From Candidatus Hadarchaeota archaeon (GTDB taxonomy: Archaea > CAYQAE01 > CAYVLA01), in the NCBI GenBank assembly GCA_964621445.1, contig CAZUNO010000024.1:1-44332 (forward strand): a stretch of DNA of 44,332 bases. Reading direction: 5' to 3'. A program made the translations under genes and the position numbers. How positions within the stretch are numbered: position 1 is the first letter of the stretch; each line of letters opens with the position of its first letter. Under the pieces are notes generated by a model that ran no database searches, was not told where the DNA came from, and was given only the letters and a program-made list of their open reading frames with translations. Shown here piece after piece: positions 26,765-35,908 of the stretch.

Positions 26765-27626
26765 GAAGAAGGGCCTTCGTTGTGTGTAGCCGGTTCTCCG
26801 CCTCGTCAAATGCGAGGCACTGTGAACTCTCCAGCACCTCGGATGTGATTTCGTAACCCCTCTGAGCTGGTAAGCAGTGAAGCACTATGGCTTCATCATT
26901 TGCCAGGCTCAGAATGTCGGTGTCAACGGTGTAGCCCTCAAAATCCCTCAATCTCCTCTTCTTCTCTTCCTCCTGTCCTAAAGAGACCCAGGTGTCGGTT
27001 ACCAGAACATCCGCGTCTTGGGCGGCCTGTCGCGGGTTCCGTAGTATTTCAGCATCAGTTGGAATACTGGGTTCGTATCCCTTTGGGGTTGCGATGGCGG
27101 TTTTCATTCCGAGCAAGTTGGCGGCCTGCGATAGAGATACAAAGACGTTGGTGCCGTCCCCTATCCAGGCTAATTTGAGGCCACTCATCTCCCCTTTTGC
27201 CTCGAGAATGGTCATTATATCTGCCAGGGCTTGACAGGGGTGATGATCATCATCCATACCATTAATCACCGGACTTTCGGAGGCCTCGGCGATATGAATT
27301 AGATCATGATGGTCATAGAGACGGGCCATAATTGCGTCACAGTATCTTGAAAGGACCTTTGCCTCGTCCCGGATATCACCCTTAATGAAGTTAGTCTCTT
27401 CCCATTTCAGGTTGAGAGCATGTCCCGATAGCTCGGTCATTGCCACCTCAAAGCTGACTCTGGTTCTAGTTGATGTCTTGGCGAATAGCATAGCGAGGGA
27501 TTTTCCGTCCAGATCCTTTCTCAGCTGGTTGTCCCTCTTCAGGTCCATGGACAGGTCCATTAGCGCAAGTAGCTCCGACTTCGAGAGGTCGCTAAGCTCC
27601 AGAAAGTCTCTTCCCTTGAGGTCCAT
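26751..27626 (-). CDS. argF: Ornithine carbamoyltransferase
   Basis: STRTRVSF, HPCQALAD, GDG.NV, TDTWVS.G.E, HCLPA.RG.E, AENR. Start moved to ATG 27626 (MDLKGRDFL). Confidence 0.95.
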   Translation of the reverse strand: MDLKGRDFLELSDLSKSELLALMDLSMDLKRDNQLRKDLDGKSLAMLFAKTSTRTRVSFEVAMTELSGHALNLKWEETNFIKGDIRDEAKVLSRYCDAIMARLYDHHDLIHIAEASESPVINGMDDDHHPCQALADIMTILEAKGEMSGLKLAWIGDGTNVFVSLSQAANLLGMKTAIATPKGYEPSIPTDAEILRNPRQAAQDADVLVTDTWVSLGQEEEKKRRLRDFEGYTVDTDILSLANDEAIVLHCLPAQRGYEITSEVLESSQCLAFDEAENRLHTTKALLLSLI

Positions 27627-27750
27627 GGTCAATTGGATGGTCCTTGATATGATAAGTGCTTTGGATTTCTCTTGATTTTCCGTGGCCAAGGTAATCCTTT
27701 TAAGTCTATGGTGAAGTGCGATAGATGCCTCGTTGAAAGGTGTTGAATAT

Positions 27751-28272
27751 ATGTCCCAAGATACCGGCCCTCCTCCACAACCAGCCTCCTCTCCAGGCGG
27801 TCAAACACCGACAGGGAAAGGCGGGCCAACTGACTACTCGACTATGCCCAAAGCTGGATTTCTCTATAGATTCATAGCCTGGCTAATCGATGCCATAATA
27901 TTGGGAATTATCCAGGGAGCGATAACAGCTGCTCTGGGAACCCCAGTGATGACCGGCGTGTCTTTTGATCCCGTTCAAATGGCCTCAAGGTATAGTGCTA
28001 TTTCGGCCATCAGCCTTATCATTGGCGTGGCCTACTTCGTCTACTTCTGGGGTGACAAGGGAGCTACCCCCGGCAAGATGGCCCTGGGCCTAAAGGTTAT
28101 CGGAACCGACGGGTCCATGCCGGTTGGCTACCCCAAGGCTTTTGTTAGGTATATCGGGTATATCATATCCTCTATCATCTGTATGCTTGGGTATCTGCTG
28201 ATAATTATCGATGACGATAACCAGGGCTTGCATGACAAGATAGCATCCACATATGTGGTCAAGACTCCCTGA
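27751..28272 (+). CDS. RDD-family membrane protein
   Basis: AGF..RF.A..ID, G.TPGK.ALGLKV, Q.LHDKIA.TYVV. Confidence 0.93.
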   Translation: MSQDTGPPPQPASSPGGQTPTGKGGPTDYSTMPKAGFLYRFIAWLIDAIILGIIQGAITAALGTPVMTGVSFDPVQMASRYSAISAISLIIGVAYFVYFWGDKGATPGKMALGLKVIGTDGSMPVGYPKAFVRYIGYIISSIICMLGYLLIIIDDDNQGLHDKIASTYVVKTP

Positions 28273-28762
28273 TCAGTCGGGCGGGCCTTCTAATCACTCG
28301 ACGCGTCCGGCGAAGCATTTCCTCAACTGCGGACTCGGCTTGAGGGGCTAGGTAGAAGGCGATAGCTGTACCAAGGATGAAACCGGTGATCGCTCTTAGG
28401 GAGTTATTGCTCTCTCTAAGTCCAACTAACTGGGTCAGGCCATCGATGATGAGGGGAAAAGCAGCCACGAAAAGGTAGGTTTTCCCGGGAGTGCGCCTTG
28501 GCCTGAGCATGAAAACCAGGGAACCCGCTAGGACACCAAAATAGATGAAGGTACACCTTGAACAGACGGCCAGGGGATTACCTTGCAGGTAGAAGGATCT
28601 CTGCGTTTTCTGGTGGCAAACCCAGGAAAAAACGTCGTAAATTCCCTGACCGAGAAATCTTGTCTGCGTGCTGGAGTATAGAACGGGGGCGGCAAATATG
28701 GATCCCACCCAGATTGAGAGAGCCATTAGATATATGACGTAATTTGTGGACCGTGGTTTCAA
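28259..28762 (-). CDS. DUF2085-family membrane protein
   Basis: VCHQ...RSF...G.PLAVCSRCT.IY.G, P..IDG.TQL.G.RESNN.LR.ITG. The upstream part of the tracked ORF is a shadow of the opposite gene; start set at TTG 28762. Confidence 0.88.
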   Translation of the reverse strand: MKPRSTNYVIYLMALSIWVGSIFAAPVLYSSTQTRFLGQGIYDVFSWVCHQKTQRSFYLQGNPLAVCSRCTFIYFGVLAGSLVFMLRPRRTPGKTYLFVAAFPLIIDGLTQLVGLRESNNSLRAITGFILGTAIAFYLAPQAESAVEEMLRRTRRVIRRPARLIRES

Positions 28763-28778
28763 TAAAATGTCTAGGACG

Positions 28779-28793
28779 CCTATATTTATATTT
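28779..28793. promoter_or_regulatory. Shared bidirectional TATA element between divergent genes
   Basis: TATATTTATATTT reads TTTATA on + (about 30 bp before ATG 28818) and TATAAATA on - (28 bp before TTG 28762). Confidence 0.5.
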
Positions 28794-28817
28794 GCGAGGT
28801 AACTGCTTTCGATATCC

Positions 28818-29633
28818 ATGACCCATAATGACCTGAGGCTATTAGCTCCAAGCATATGCGAGATATTAGGGGCCAGATTTCCGGAATCTTGTCGAGTGGA
28901 GAGCTTCAAACCCATGGTTGAGAGTCTGGCAGGAAGTTCTATTTTGGCTGCAGTGGTTTTCGATGGTTTTGGCCTCAAGACATTCCAATCGTTAGGTTCA
29001 AATTGCCCTAATTTCGAGAAGATCTTTTCCCTCCGTTGTGCGGAAATACGATCGGTTGACCCTCCAAAGACCCCCGTTGCCTTTGCTTCCATGGCCACCG
29101 GTCTATCCCCGGCTAACCACGGCATAAGGTCCAAAGAGGAGACTCTGGATAGCGAGACGGTATTCGACGTGCTGGGGGATGAAGACATGAGGACATGCGT
29201 GGGAGGCCGGCTCAGCGGAAGCCCGGCTCACCTTTTCGGCGACTCCTGCGATTACCCGGCCATAGCTCACTCCAATCGGGACGAAGAGGTGCTAGAATTG
29301 ACACTTGAAGCGATCGAGACGAGGAACCCGGCCTTCACCATGGTTCAGTTTCTCGATATTGACAAGGCTTCGCACAAATACGGCCCTTTTGGGGATAATG
29401 CTCGCAAAGCGGTCCGAGATACTGATATGAGATTAGGGGCCTTAGTCCGGGTTTTAGGTCAGATAGGCGGGGCCGTGATAGTTCTTGCTGACCACGGTCA
29501 GCATGAACGTAGGGTAATTGAGGATGGGAAAAAGGTGCTTAAAGGAACACATGATGGCAGCTGTGAGTTGGACTACATGATACCACTGGGCTGGTGTGAT
29601 GAGTCAGAAGTATCGAGAATCTCGGAAACCTAA
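28818..29633 (+). CDS. Alkaline-phosphatase-superfamily (type I phosphodiesterase-like) protein
   Basis: VFDGFG, PPKTPVAFASMATG..P..HG, D.ASH.YGP, IVLADHGQH, G.H. Confidence 0.85.
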   Translation: MTHNDLRLLAPSICEILGARFPESCRVESFKPMVESLAGSSILAAVVFDGFGLKTFQSLGSNCPNFEKIFSLRCAEIRSVDPPKTPVAFASMATGLSPANHGIRSKEETLDSETVFDVLGDEDMRTCVGGRLSGSPAHLFGDSCDYPAIAHSNRDEEVLELTLEAIETRNPAFTMVQFLDIDKASHKYGPFGDNARKAVRDTDMRLGALVRVLGQIGGAVIVLADHGQHERRVIEDGKKVLKGTHDGSCELDYMIPLGWCDESEVSRISET

Positions 29634-29701
29634 TGATAATACATTTAACGCTGGATCCGATGTGTCGCCAACTGGCAATTTGGTTGTTATGGAACGGGTG
29701 A

Positions 29702-30844
29702 ATGATGCTCGACCGTAAGAAGGTAGACCAGGCATCAAAGATGGCATCCAGGTTCATGCTAAATGTCTGTCAAGTGGGAGAAGAAGACCATCCCGATCAC
29801 GGCGGTTTTCGAACGGAATTCGATCTTGAGGACAGGAAATTTAGGATGGTCCGGGAGCCCTGGCATACTGCTGCAGCAGTTAGGGCCTTGCTAAGGATTC
29901 ATGGTAGAACGCGAAACCAATCTTGGCTTGAAGGGGCGGGCAATGGGGGCATGTACCTGGAGCGACTTCAGTGCAGAGAGGAGGATTGCATAATGGAAGG
30001 AGCTCTCTGGGATCCCTGGATAGAAGGAGAGGAACCCTTGAGGGTCGATTCCAGCTACAGGAGTATACTGGGACTACTTGACCTGTATGGCCCTACGGGG
30101 TCGGGCCATTACCTTGAAACGGCTAGACAGGTGGCAAAATGGTTCAAGGAGGATGTGTATCGAGGTGGGGGAACCCATTTAAACCGCTATTTCCCGGACA
30201 AGGAGACCTTTGGATGGCCCAGAAGCCATATACTAGATGAGGGCTCCTTCGCGAGACTCCAGGATCTCACACGGGAGAAGGTGTTCGGCGATATATATGA
30301 TGATCAGGTTGATGCTTTGGTCGATTCCTGGGTCGAACCCGGTGTCTTTTCATGCAGGGACGCACCAAGGATGGAAAAAGATGACGCCAGTGAGGGAGAG
30401 GAGGTCTCGACAAGGAATATGTACTGGCATCTAGCTCCATTGATAACGGCATGTGAAAAGAGACGAAAGGAGAGATTTATCCAACCGGTAAGCACCAGTC
30501 TGAGATTGATAATGAACTCACAGTCCACAGAGGGCTATGTTCCCCAGTCCTTTGATCCCACCAATTCGGTAACCAATGGCGGTCCCGATGGGACCGGGAC
30601 CGCGATGTTCGCGATATTATGGCTGAAGATGTACGGGCTGGCGGCTGAGGACGTATACATGGAGGCATCCGAAAAGGCGATATCCTGGATAGTGAAGTCC
30701 CAGTTCCTTTCCAGAGAGACCTTCCTTGGAGCTTTTTACGAGGGGAAGAGCATGGAAAATGGCGAGATCATGGATAGTTGGGGTGCCGTGTCTTCAATTT
30801 ACGGGGTTCTGGCCTGTGAGGAGTACTTGAAAACATCAAGTTGA
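29702..30844 (+). CDS. Cytoplasmic (alpha/alpha)6-barrel protein (six-hairpin glycosidase/epimerase-like)
   Basis: Repeated LL.LY..TG...YLE.A / LK.YGL...YMEA..KA..W...Q helices; WHTA; no signal peptide. Confidence 0.6.
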   Translation: MMLDRKKVDQASKMASRFMLNVCQVGEEDHPDHGGFRTEFDLEDRKFRMVREPWHTAAAVRALLRIHGRTRNQSWLEGAGNGGMYLERLQCREEDCIMEGALWDPWIEGEEPLRVDSSYRSILGLLDLYGPTGSGHYLETARQVAKWFKEDVYRGGGTHLNRYFPDKETFGWPRSHILDEGSFARLQDLTREKVFGDIYDDQVDALVDSWVEPGVFSCRDAPRMEKDDASEGEEVSTRNMYWHLAPLITACEKRRKERFIQPVSTSLRLIMNSQSTEGYVPQSFDPTNSVTNGGPDGTGTAMFAILWLKMYGLAAEDVYMEASEKAISWIVKSQFLSRETFLGAFYEGKSMENGEIMDSWGAVSSIYGVLACEEYLKTSS

Positions 30845-30863
30845 TATTGACCTGAAAGGAGGC

Positions 30864-31559
30864 ATGGTTAAAACGAGCGCTGAAGCTGTGGTGGAGCTTG
30901 AGGACGTTGAAAAAGCCTACGAGTTTGGTGGCCTATCAGTTAAGATAATGAGAGGAGTAAACTTATCGGTGGAACCTGGGGAGTTTATCTGCCTTTTTGG
31001 TTCGGCAGGTTCAGGTAAAACCAGTCTTCTAAACATGATTGCTTGCATTTCGCTTCCCTCCTCTGGCAGGATTAGTATTTGTGGGGAGGACCTGATAGAG
31101 AATCCGGAGGTCAGGGAGGGCTTGCGGAAGACGAGGGTTGCCCTTCTATCCAGGGTCTCCGGCCTTATACCGGACATGACGGCACACGAGAATATCGATA
31201 TGGCTCTGGGAATGACCGCTTCGGGTCAGTTTAAAACTACCGATCAGATATTCGAAGAGGTTGGGCTCAAGGGCAAAGAGAACGAAAGGGTAGCAAATCT
31301 TTCTCCTATAGACTCAATAAAGCTGACCATAGGAAAGTCCCTGGCAAACGAGCCAGATCTCCTAGTTTGTGACGATCTTACCGGGGATTTCGAGGAAGAG
31401 GAATCGATGCAGGTCATCGAAATTCTCCGCCGGCAGGCCGAAGCCGGTAAAACGGCTATCGTGCTAAGTACATCTGAGGTCAGCATAGAAGGAATGGCAG
31501 ATAGATCTTTCAAAATGGAGAATGGAAAGTTAATAACATTTCAAAGAGAGACGGAATGA
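30864..31559 (+). CDS. LolD/MacB-type ABC ATP-binding protein, degenerate
   Basis: Walker A GSAGSGKTS intact; signature LSPID, Walker B LLVCDD and H-loop LSTS are all non-canonical; no permease adjacent. Confidence 0.8.
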   Translation: MVKTSAEAVVELEDVEKAYEFGGLSVKIMRGVNLSVEPGEFICLFGSAGSGKTSLLNMIACISLPSSGRISICGEDLIENPEVREGLRKTRVALLSRVSGLIPDMTAHENIDMALGMTASGQFKTTDQIFEEVGLKGKENERVANLSPIDSIKLTIGKSLANEPDLLVCDDLTGDFEEEESMQVIEILRRQAEAGKTAIVLSTSEVSIEGMADRSFKMENGKLITFQRETE

Positions 31560-31668
31560 TAATGAGTTTTCCAGGAGCCTTTGTGCCCGACCTTTTTGGC
31601 TGGGAAGGTTTCCATTCTTTGAAGGTGGCAAACTCTACCCGAGGCTTTGGGAATTTCGTTAATGATAG

Positions 31669-33798
31669 CTAATAGGCACGTATTTCGTAGACCCTAGCGC
31701 TTTTCGATCCCCAGGTCTCCTGTGTTGCGAATTTGATTGCTTTGGTGGTTACCTCCTCGAATTGATGTACTGCCACCCGATGGTGGTTATCCTTGACCCG
31801 GACTATCTGGCGCCATTGATTATCTGAAAGGTAATGTATTGAGTAAGCCCTTATGCATTCCGGCGCAGGGCCCCTTCCTACCAGCTCATCCGTATTGGTG
31901 TCCATGGTGATCCTGATCTGGTGGATTCTTTCCTGGTTTTCAAATTCGATCTTTATATACTGGGGTAGATCCTGGTTGGGGTCTGAAATCCAAAGGTTTG
32001 GTCCCCCTTCGGGGCGTGTGATGCCATTGAGCACGTTTTGCGGTCCGTAAGGCCGGGACCTGGGGTGGAGCCGGAAAAGGTATGTACCTTTGAGTTTCCT
32101 GAAGTCGCCAGGTTCGGTCCTCTGAACAGTAACCATATTTTGTTTGCTGTATCCCCACTGGACACCGGGTGACGGGTCCAGAACTACCCAGCAGTATTCA
32201 TCCTCAATTTTGCATGGCGTACTGAAGGAGACCCACGATGTGCCTACTGGTACTTCCTGAGAGGTGACGACGAGGTCTTCCTGGTTCTGGTTTAGATACC
32301 AGTCATTGGCTTTCCTGACCCTCATAGTGATCTTGGTGTGGGCCGAAGATTTGAGGTAAACCTCCACGGATTCGAGTTTTTTGCATGACAAGGGTATAAT
32401 CTGGCCCAGGGGCTGGTCCAATTTCTGAAAGTCGTCTGGAACGGTTTGTTCTACCGGCATCTCACTGGATGCTCTGGCAGTTCCGGTCCTTGACACATCC
32501 CGAGGGTCCTGGTTCCTGGCTCCTGGTATATAGCAATCGTTTTTTAGCAGGATCTGGCGTAGTTCCTGAATATGTTTTTTGTATATCTGGCGGGGATTGG
32601 TTCGGTACTTGTGGCATAGGTATGCGGCTGTCCCCACGGCCTGCCCTTCTACGGCTCCGGTGGCTATCAGTCTAGTAGTGCCCAGAGCGACGTGGGTGAC
32701 GCTTATATTTCTACCGGCCATCATCAGGTTTTCTATGTCTCTGGAATAGAGGCACCTGAAGGGGATTCCGTATGGACCTGGCAGTTTTTTCATATTCGCG
32801 GGCCTTCCGGGTTGTCGAATTCCCCCTGGCGGATGGAGGTCAATTGGCCAACCACCGTAGGAAACGGCATCCGGGAAATCTCTCATGTTTTCTACTTCTC
32901 CCTGGGTTAGAATGTGGTCTCCCATGAATCTTCGCGATTCCCTCTTTCCGGGAATTGATCCCACCCAGTCCAGGGCAAGAGTTTGGGCACCGTGATCTCC
33001 CTTATTTTTTATATGGTCCCAGACACCCAGGAGGCAGGCTAAGAGTTCCTTCCGGATTTCCTCGTTATCGGTTATGGTATTCGACTCGCCTCCGAGTTCT
33101 ATCCACCAGTATCCAGTATCTATTCCCTCATGCCGCCTGAATTGTAGGTCTTCATCTGTGGGGTATTCCTCGGACCATTCCGGCCGATAAAAGGAAACGG
33201 GCCTTCCAGTGTCAATTGCCTTGAACATGAGTGAAGACCCCATGGTCTTGTCGTCACCTTCCTCCGGTGCCATGGATTCTCCAAATTCGCTTGCCGCTTC
33301 CCTTCCCCTCCTGAAGCTCGCACCGGCGGAGTAGGCGATCTGGCCGTCCCCGCTGGCGTCTATGTACTGGGAAGCCTGGATATGATGGGTCTTTTCATTT
33401 CCTAGCTGATGGCAGGTGATGGATTCTATCCTACCGCCATTTACATGGGCCTCCCTGGCGCTAGCGTTTAGATAGAGATCCAAATTTGATTCCCGTTCAA
33501 CCCATTCCAGGAGGACAAGATCCCAAATGGCATTCTTCTCACCATTTTTTGCCGGCGCGTGGTTCCTGAACCGGTCCTCAATCCTTATCTCCTCCACGAT
33601 CCCTGTTTCTCGGGCCCATCGAAAGTGTTTGTCCGCTCCCCCGACATGTACCTTGATCTCGCTGCTTGAATTACCTCCAAGAACCGGCCTGTCCTGTATC
33701 AAGGCTGTTTTGAGTCCAAGTCTTGACGCTGAAATCGCGGCACATATACCGGAAAGACCACCGCCTACAACGGCTAGGTCGTATTTTTTATTCGGCAT
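31669..33798 (-). CDS. FAD-dependent oxidoreductase with C-terminal carbohydrate-binding/discoidin-like domains
   Basis: VVGGGLSG.CAA, QDRPVLGGNSSSE, IDASGDG, GRE...EFGE..AP, WW.E.GG, KRESRR..GD, GGW.IDLH, GRNIS.TH.ALG.TR; ends RVYEIRAY. Start moved to ATG 33798. Confidence 0.9.
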   Translation of the reverse strand: MPNKKYDLAVVGGGLSGICAAISASRLGLKTALIQDRPVLGGNSSSEIKVHVGGADKHFRWARETGIVEEIRIEDRFRNHAPAKNGEKNAIWDLVLLEWVERESNLDLYLNASAREAHVNGGRIESITCHQLGNEKTHHIQASQYIDASGDGQIAYSAGASFRRGREAASEFGESMAPEEGDDKTMGSSLMFKAIDTGRPVSFYRPEWSEEYPTDEDLQFRRHEGIDTGYWWIELGGESNTITDNEEIRKELLACLLGVWDHIKNKGDHGAQTLALDWVGSIPGKRESRRFMGDHILTQGEVENMRDFPDAVSYGGWPIDLHPPGGIRQPGRPANMKKLPGPYGIPFRCLYSRDIENLMMAGRNISVTHVALGTTRLIATGAVEGQAVGTAAYLCHKYRTNPRQIYKKHIQELRQILLKNDCYIPGARNQDPRDVSRTGTARASSEMPVEQTVPDDFQKLDQPLGQIIPLSCKKLESVEVYLKSSAHTKITMRVRKANDWYLNQNQEDLVVTSQEVPVGTSWVSFSTPCKIEDEYCWVVLDPSPGVQWGYSKQNMVTVQRTEPGDFRKLKGTYLFRLHPRSRPYGPQNVLNGITRPEGGPNLWISDPNQDLPQYIKIEFENQERIHQIRITMDTNTDELVGRGPAPECIRAYSIHYLSDNQWRQIVRVKDNHHRVAVHQFEEVTTKAIKFATQETWGSKSARVYEIRAY

Positions 33799-33884
33799 CT
33801 CCATCTCCACTGATGGTATTCTTTGGGTACTTATTGATTCAAAAAGCTTGCTTAATGGGAAAAATAAGCTGGCAGGGTGAGCAG

Positions 33885-34469
33885 ATGACATTTGAAATGA
33901 AACAGATTGCTAGTCCAAGGATGATGAACCTTTCCTATTTGCTCTGGTCTTCAACGTTTGGGTTAGCCATTGACCCTTCATTCGCGGGAGAGAAGATACT
34001 TGATGAGGCCAACGCAAGGCATGTCCAGATCGTGTACGTGATTAATACCCACGGCCATTTCGACCACGTTAACGACAACACTAAGATACGTGATGCTACG
34101 GGAGCTAAGATTGCCGTTCACGAGGCGGATTCATCCATGCTAGATCCCTCACCTGATATCCTACTTCATGATGGTGAATGCCTTTACTTTGGTGATGATG
34201 AGCTAAGGGTGATTCATACGCCCGGGCATACTCCCGGTGGTATCTGTCTTCACGGAGAGGGCAAGCTATTCACCGGGGACACTCTGTTCCCCGGAGGTTT
34301 CGGGAGAACAGATTTGGATGGAGGTAACCGGAAAGAGTTGATGAATAGCATGAAACGACTGGGGGCACTCGACCCGGATACTAAGGTATATCCCGGGCAT
34401 TACTATGGTTCCAGGAGGTCATCCACCATTGGCGAGGAGCTGAAGAGTAACCCAGCTCTATCCCCCTGA
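33885..34469 (+). CDS. MBL-fold metallo-hydrolase (glyoxalase II-like)
   Basis: NTHGHFDH, HTPGHTPGG, LFTGDTLF, GRTDL.GG, VYPGH. Start ATG 33885 after SD GGGTGA. Confidence 0.93.
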   Translation: MTFEMKQIASPRMMNLSYLLWSSTFGLAIDPSFAGEKILDEANARHVQIVYVINTHGHFDHVNDNTKIRDATGAKIAVHEADSSMLDPSPDILLHDGECLYFGDDELRVIHTPGHTPGGICLHGEGKLFTGDTLFPGGFGRTDLDGGNRKELMNSMKRLGALDPDTKVYPGHYYGSRRSSTIGEELKSNPALSP

Positions 34470-34564
34470 TGTTTTAATCTTAGTCAAGAATATTAAGTAG
34501 AACGTTTGAATAACAGCCATTTCAAACAAAAGTATCTTATTTTCGTAACAAACACCTTTTAGAC

Positions 34565-34653
34565 GATCCCAAGGGGCTCGCGGTCGGCTTCCAACACATA
34601 TTAGGGGAAATAGGGGACTTCTCAGGCCACCTCTTTTGATCCTCCTTGGGATC
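34565..34653. repeat. Long-range inverted repeat in the intergenic region upstream of the UroD-like gene
   Basis: GATCCCAAGG (34565-34574) and CCTTGGGATC (34644-34653) are perfect complements; extends to 12 bp with one G-U pair. Confidence 0.5.
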
Positions 34654-34706
34654 ACAGTTATTGGCTCATAGCAGGTGCTAAATCCATCAATTAGAGGAGA
34701 ATTCAT

Positions 34707-35768
34707 TTGGCACCTATGCTTTACAAGGATGACTGGGAGGAAGCAAGGGATGGACTTGAGGCCTGGTGGGAGGGAACCCTTGTCGACCGACCGGTAATCA
34801 TGGCACGGGCACCGAGGTCAAATGCCTCACCGGATTTGGATGGCTGGGGATTCGCAAGATATCCCGACCGCCCAATGAAGGTGCTGGAGCATTTTGAGAG
34901 ATGGTGCTCCGGTACGTATTTTGGGGGAGAGGCCTTTCCTAATTTATTTGTGAATCTGGGTGCTGGGGTTCTGGGGGCTATTCTTGGAGCCAGGCCAAGG
35001 TTTTACTCCAACACGGTATGGTTTCAGAGCTCGATGGAGTGGGAGGACCTGGAGGAGGTGGAATTCGATTCGGAGAACCCGTGGTGGGAAAGGGTAAGGA
35101 CCTATACTGAGAAAAGCGTGGCGGAAGGGGAGGGAAAGTACTTCGTGTCCATGACGGATCTCGGTGGAATTTTGGATATCGTTCAGTCCCTACGGGGAAA
35201 GAAGAAGCTGATGATCGATCTTTTTCGTAGACCTGAGAAGGTGCTCGACCTTTCCTGGAAGGTGCTGGACATATGGCACCGATGCTACGATGAACTTTAC
35301 CAGATTATCCAAACCGGTATGAAAGGTTCCTCTGCTTGGCTATCCATTTGGTGTGATGGAAAGTGGTACCCAATCCAGTGTGACTATGCATATATGCTGT
35401 CACCAGGGAAGTTCAGGGAGTTCGTGCTCCCGTTTCTGAAGGAACAATGCCGAAGACTCGATCGGTGCGTATATCACCTGGATGGACATGGCCAGTTACC
35501 TCACCTTGACGATCTGCTGGAGATTGATGATCTCGACGCCATACAGTGGGTACCGGGGGCGGGAAAGAAGCAGTGTGGATCGGACGAATACTATGATATG
35601 TACCGAAAGGTAAAGGCGGCTGGAAAGGGGCTTGTTCTGGGCTTGAAACCTGGCGAAATAAGGCCAATTTGCAAGGAGCTGGGGGCCGATGGCATCTTGT
35701 TCCAGGTTACCTGTCGATCCGAGGAGGAGGCAAAAAAACTCATTGAGAACTCCAAGGCATGGGCTTGA
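34707..35768 (+). CDS. Uroporphyrinogen-decarboxylase/methylcobamide methyltransferase (MtaA/CmuA)-like TIM-barrel protein
   Basis: AWW.G...DRP, N.G.G..A..LG, DL.G..D....LRG, QCD...M.SP..F.EF.LP, YHLDG, IQWVPGAG. Confidence 0.8.
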   Translation: MAPMLYKDDWEEARDGLEAWWEGTLVDRPVIMARAPRSNASPDLDGWGFARYPDRPMKVLEHFERWCSGTYFGGEAFPNLFVNLGAGVLGAILGARPRFYSNTVWFQSSMEWEDLEEVEFDSENPWWERVRTYTEKSVAEGEGKYFVSMTDLGGILDIVQSLRGKKKLMIDLFRRPEKVLDLSWKVLDIWHRCYDELYQIIQTGMKGSSAWLSIWCDGKWYPIQCDYAYMLSPGKFREFVLPFLKEQCRRLDRCVYHLDGHGQLPHLDDLLEIDDLDAIQWVPGAGKKQCGSDEYYDMYRKVKAAGKGLVLGLKPGEIRPICKELGADGILFQVTCRSEEEAKKLIENSKAWA

Positions 35769-35776
35769 AAATCCGG

Positions 35777-35805
35777 ACCCTGAAGGGTTATTTTGTTCTC
35801 TTTTT
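35777..35805 (+). terminator. Putative terminator after the UroD-like gene
   Basis: Short hairpin ACCC-TGAA-GGGT followed by TTTTGTTCTCTTTTT, about 10 bp after the stop. Confidence 0.4.
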
Positions 35806-35908
35806 GAATAGAGCCGGGATCAGCTGGAATGCCTAAGCACGGCAAGAAGGGGCATTACGCGGATTCTTTATATTCCCTTATCTGATCTAACACCCGAAGG
35901 TCCTACAT

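Noticed and set aside
28763-29188. Long N-terminal extension of the DUF2085 ORF
   Set aside because: Overlaps the phosphatase gene on the opposite strand; a TATA box and TTG at 28762 explain the real start.
33723-33891. Apparent head-to-head overlap of the FAD oxidoreductase and MBL genes
   Set aside because: Artefact of longest-ORF starts; SD-supported starts at 33798 and 33885 leave an 86-bp gap.
34504-34527. GTTTGAA...TTCAAAC, loosely like an archaeal CRISPR repeat
   Set aside because: Single copy, no spacers, no cas genes in the window.
34670-34690. AGGTGCTAAATCCA, resembling the 3' half of a SAM-I riboswitch, upstream of a methyltransferase-like gene
   Set aside because: The other required SAM-I elements (AUC..GAG, GAGGGA..GGCCC, GCAACC, closing GAU) are absent; probably chance or a promoter element.
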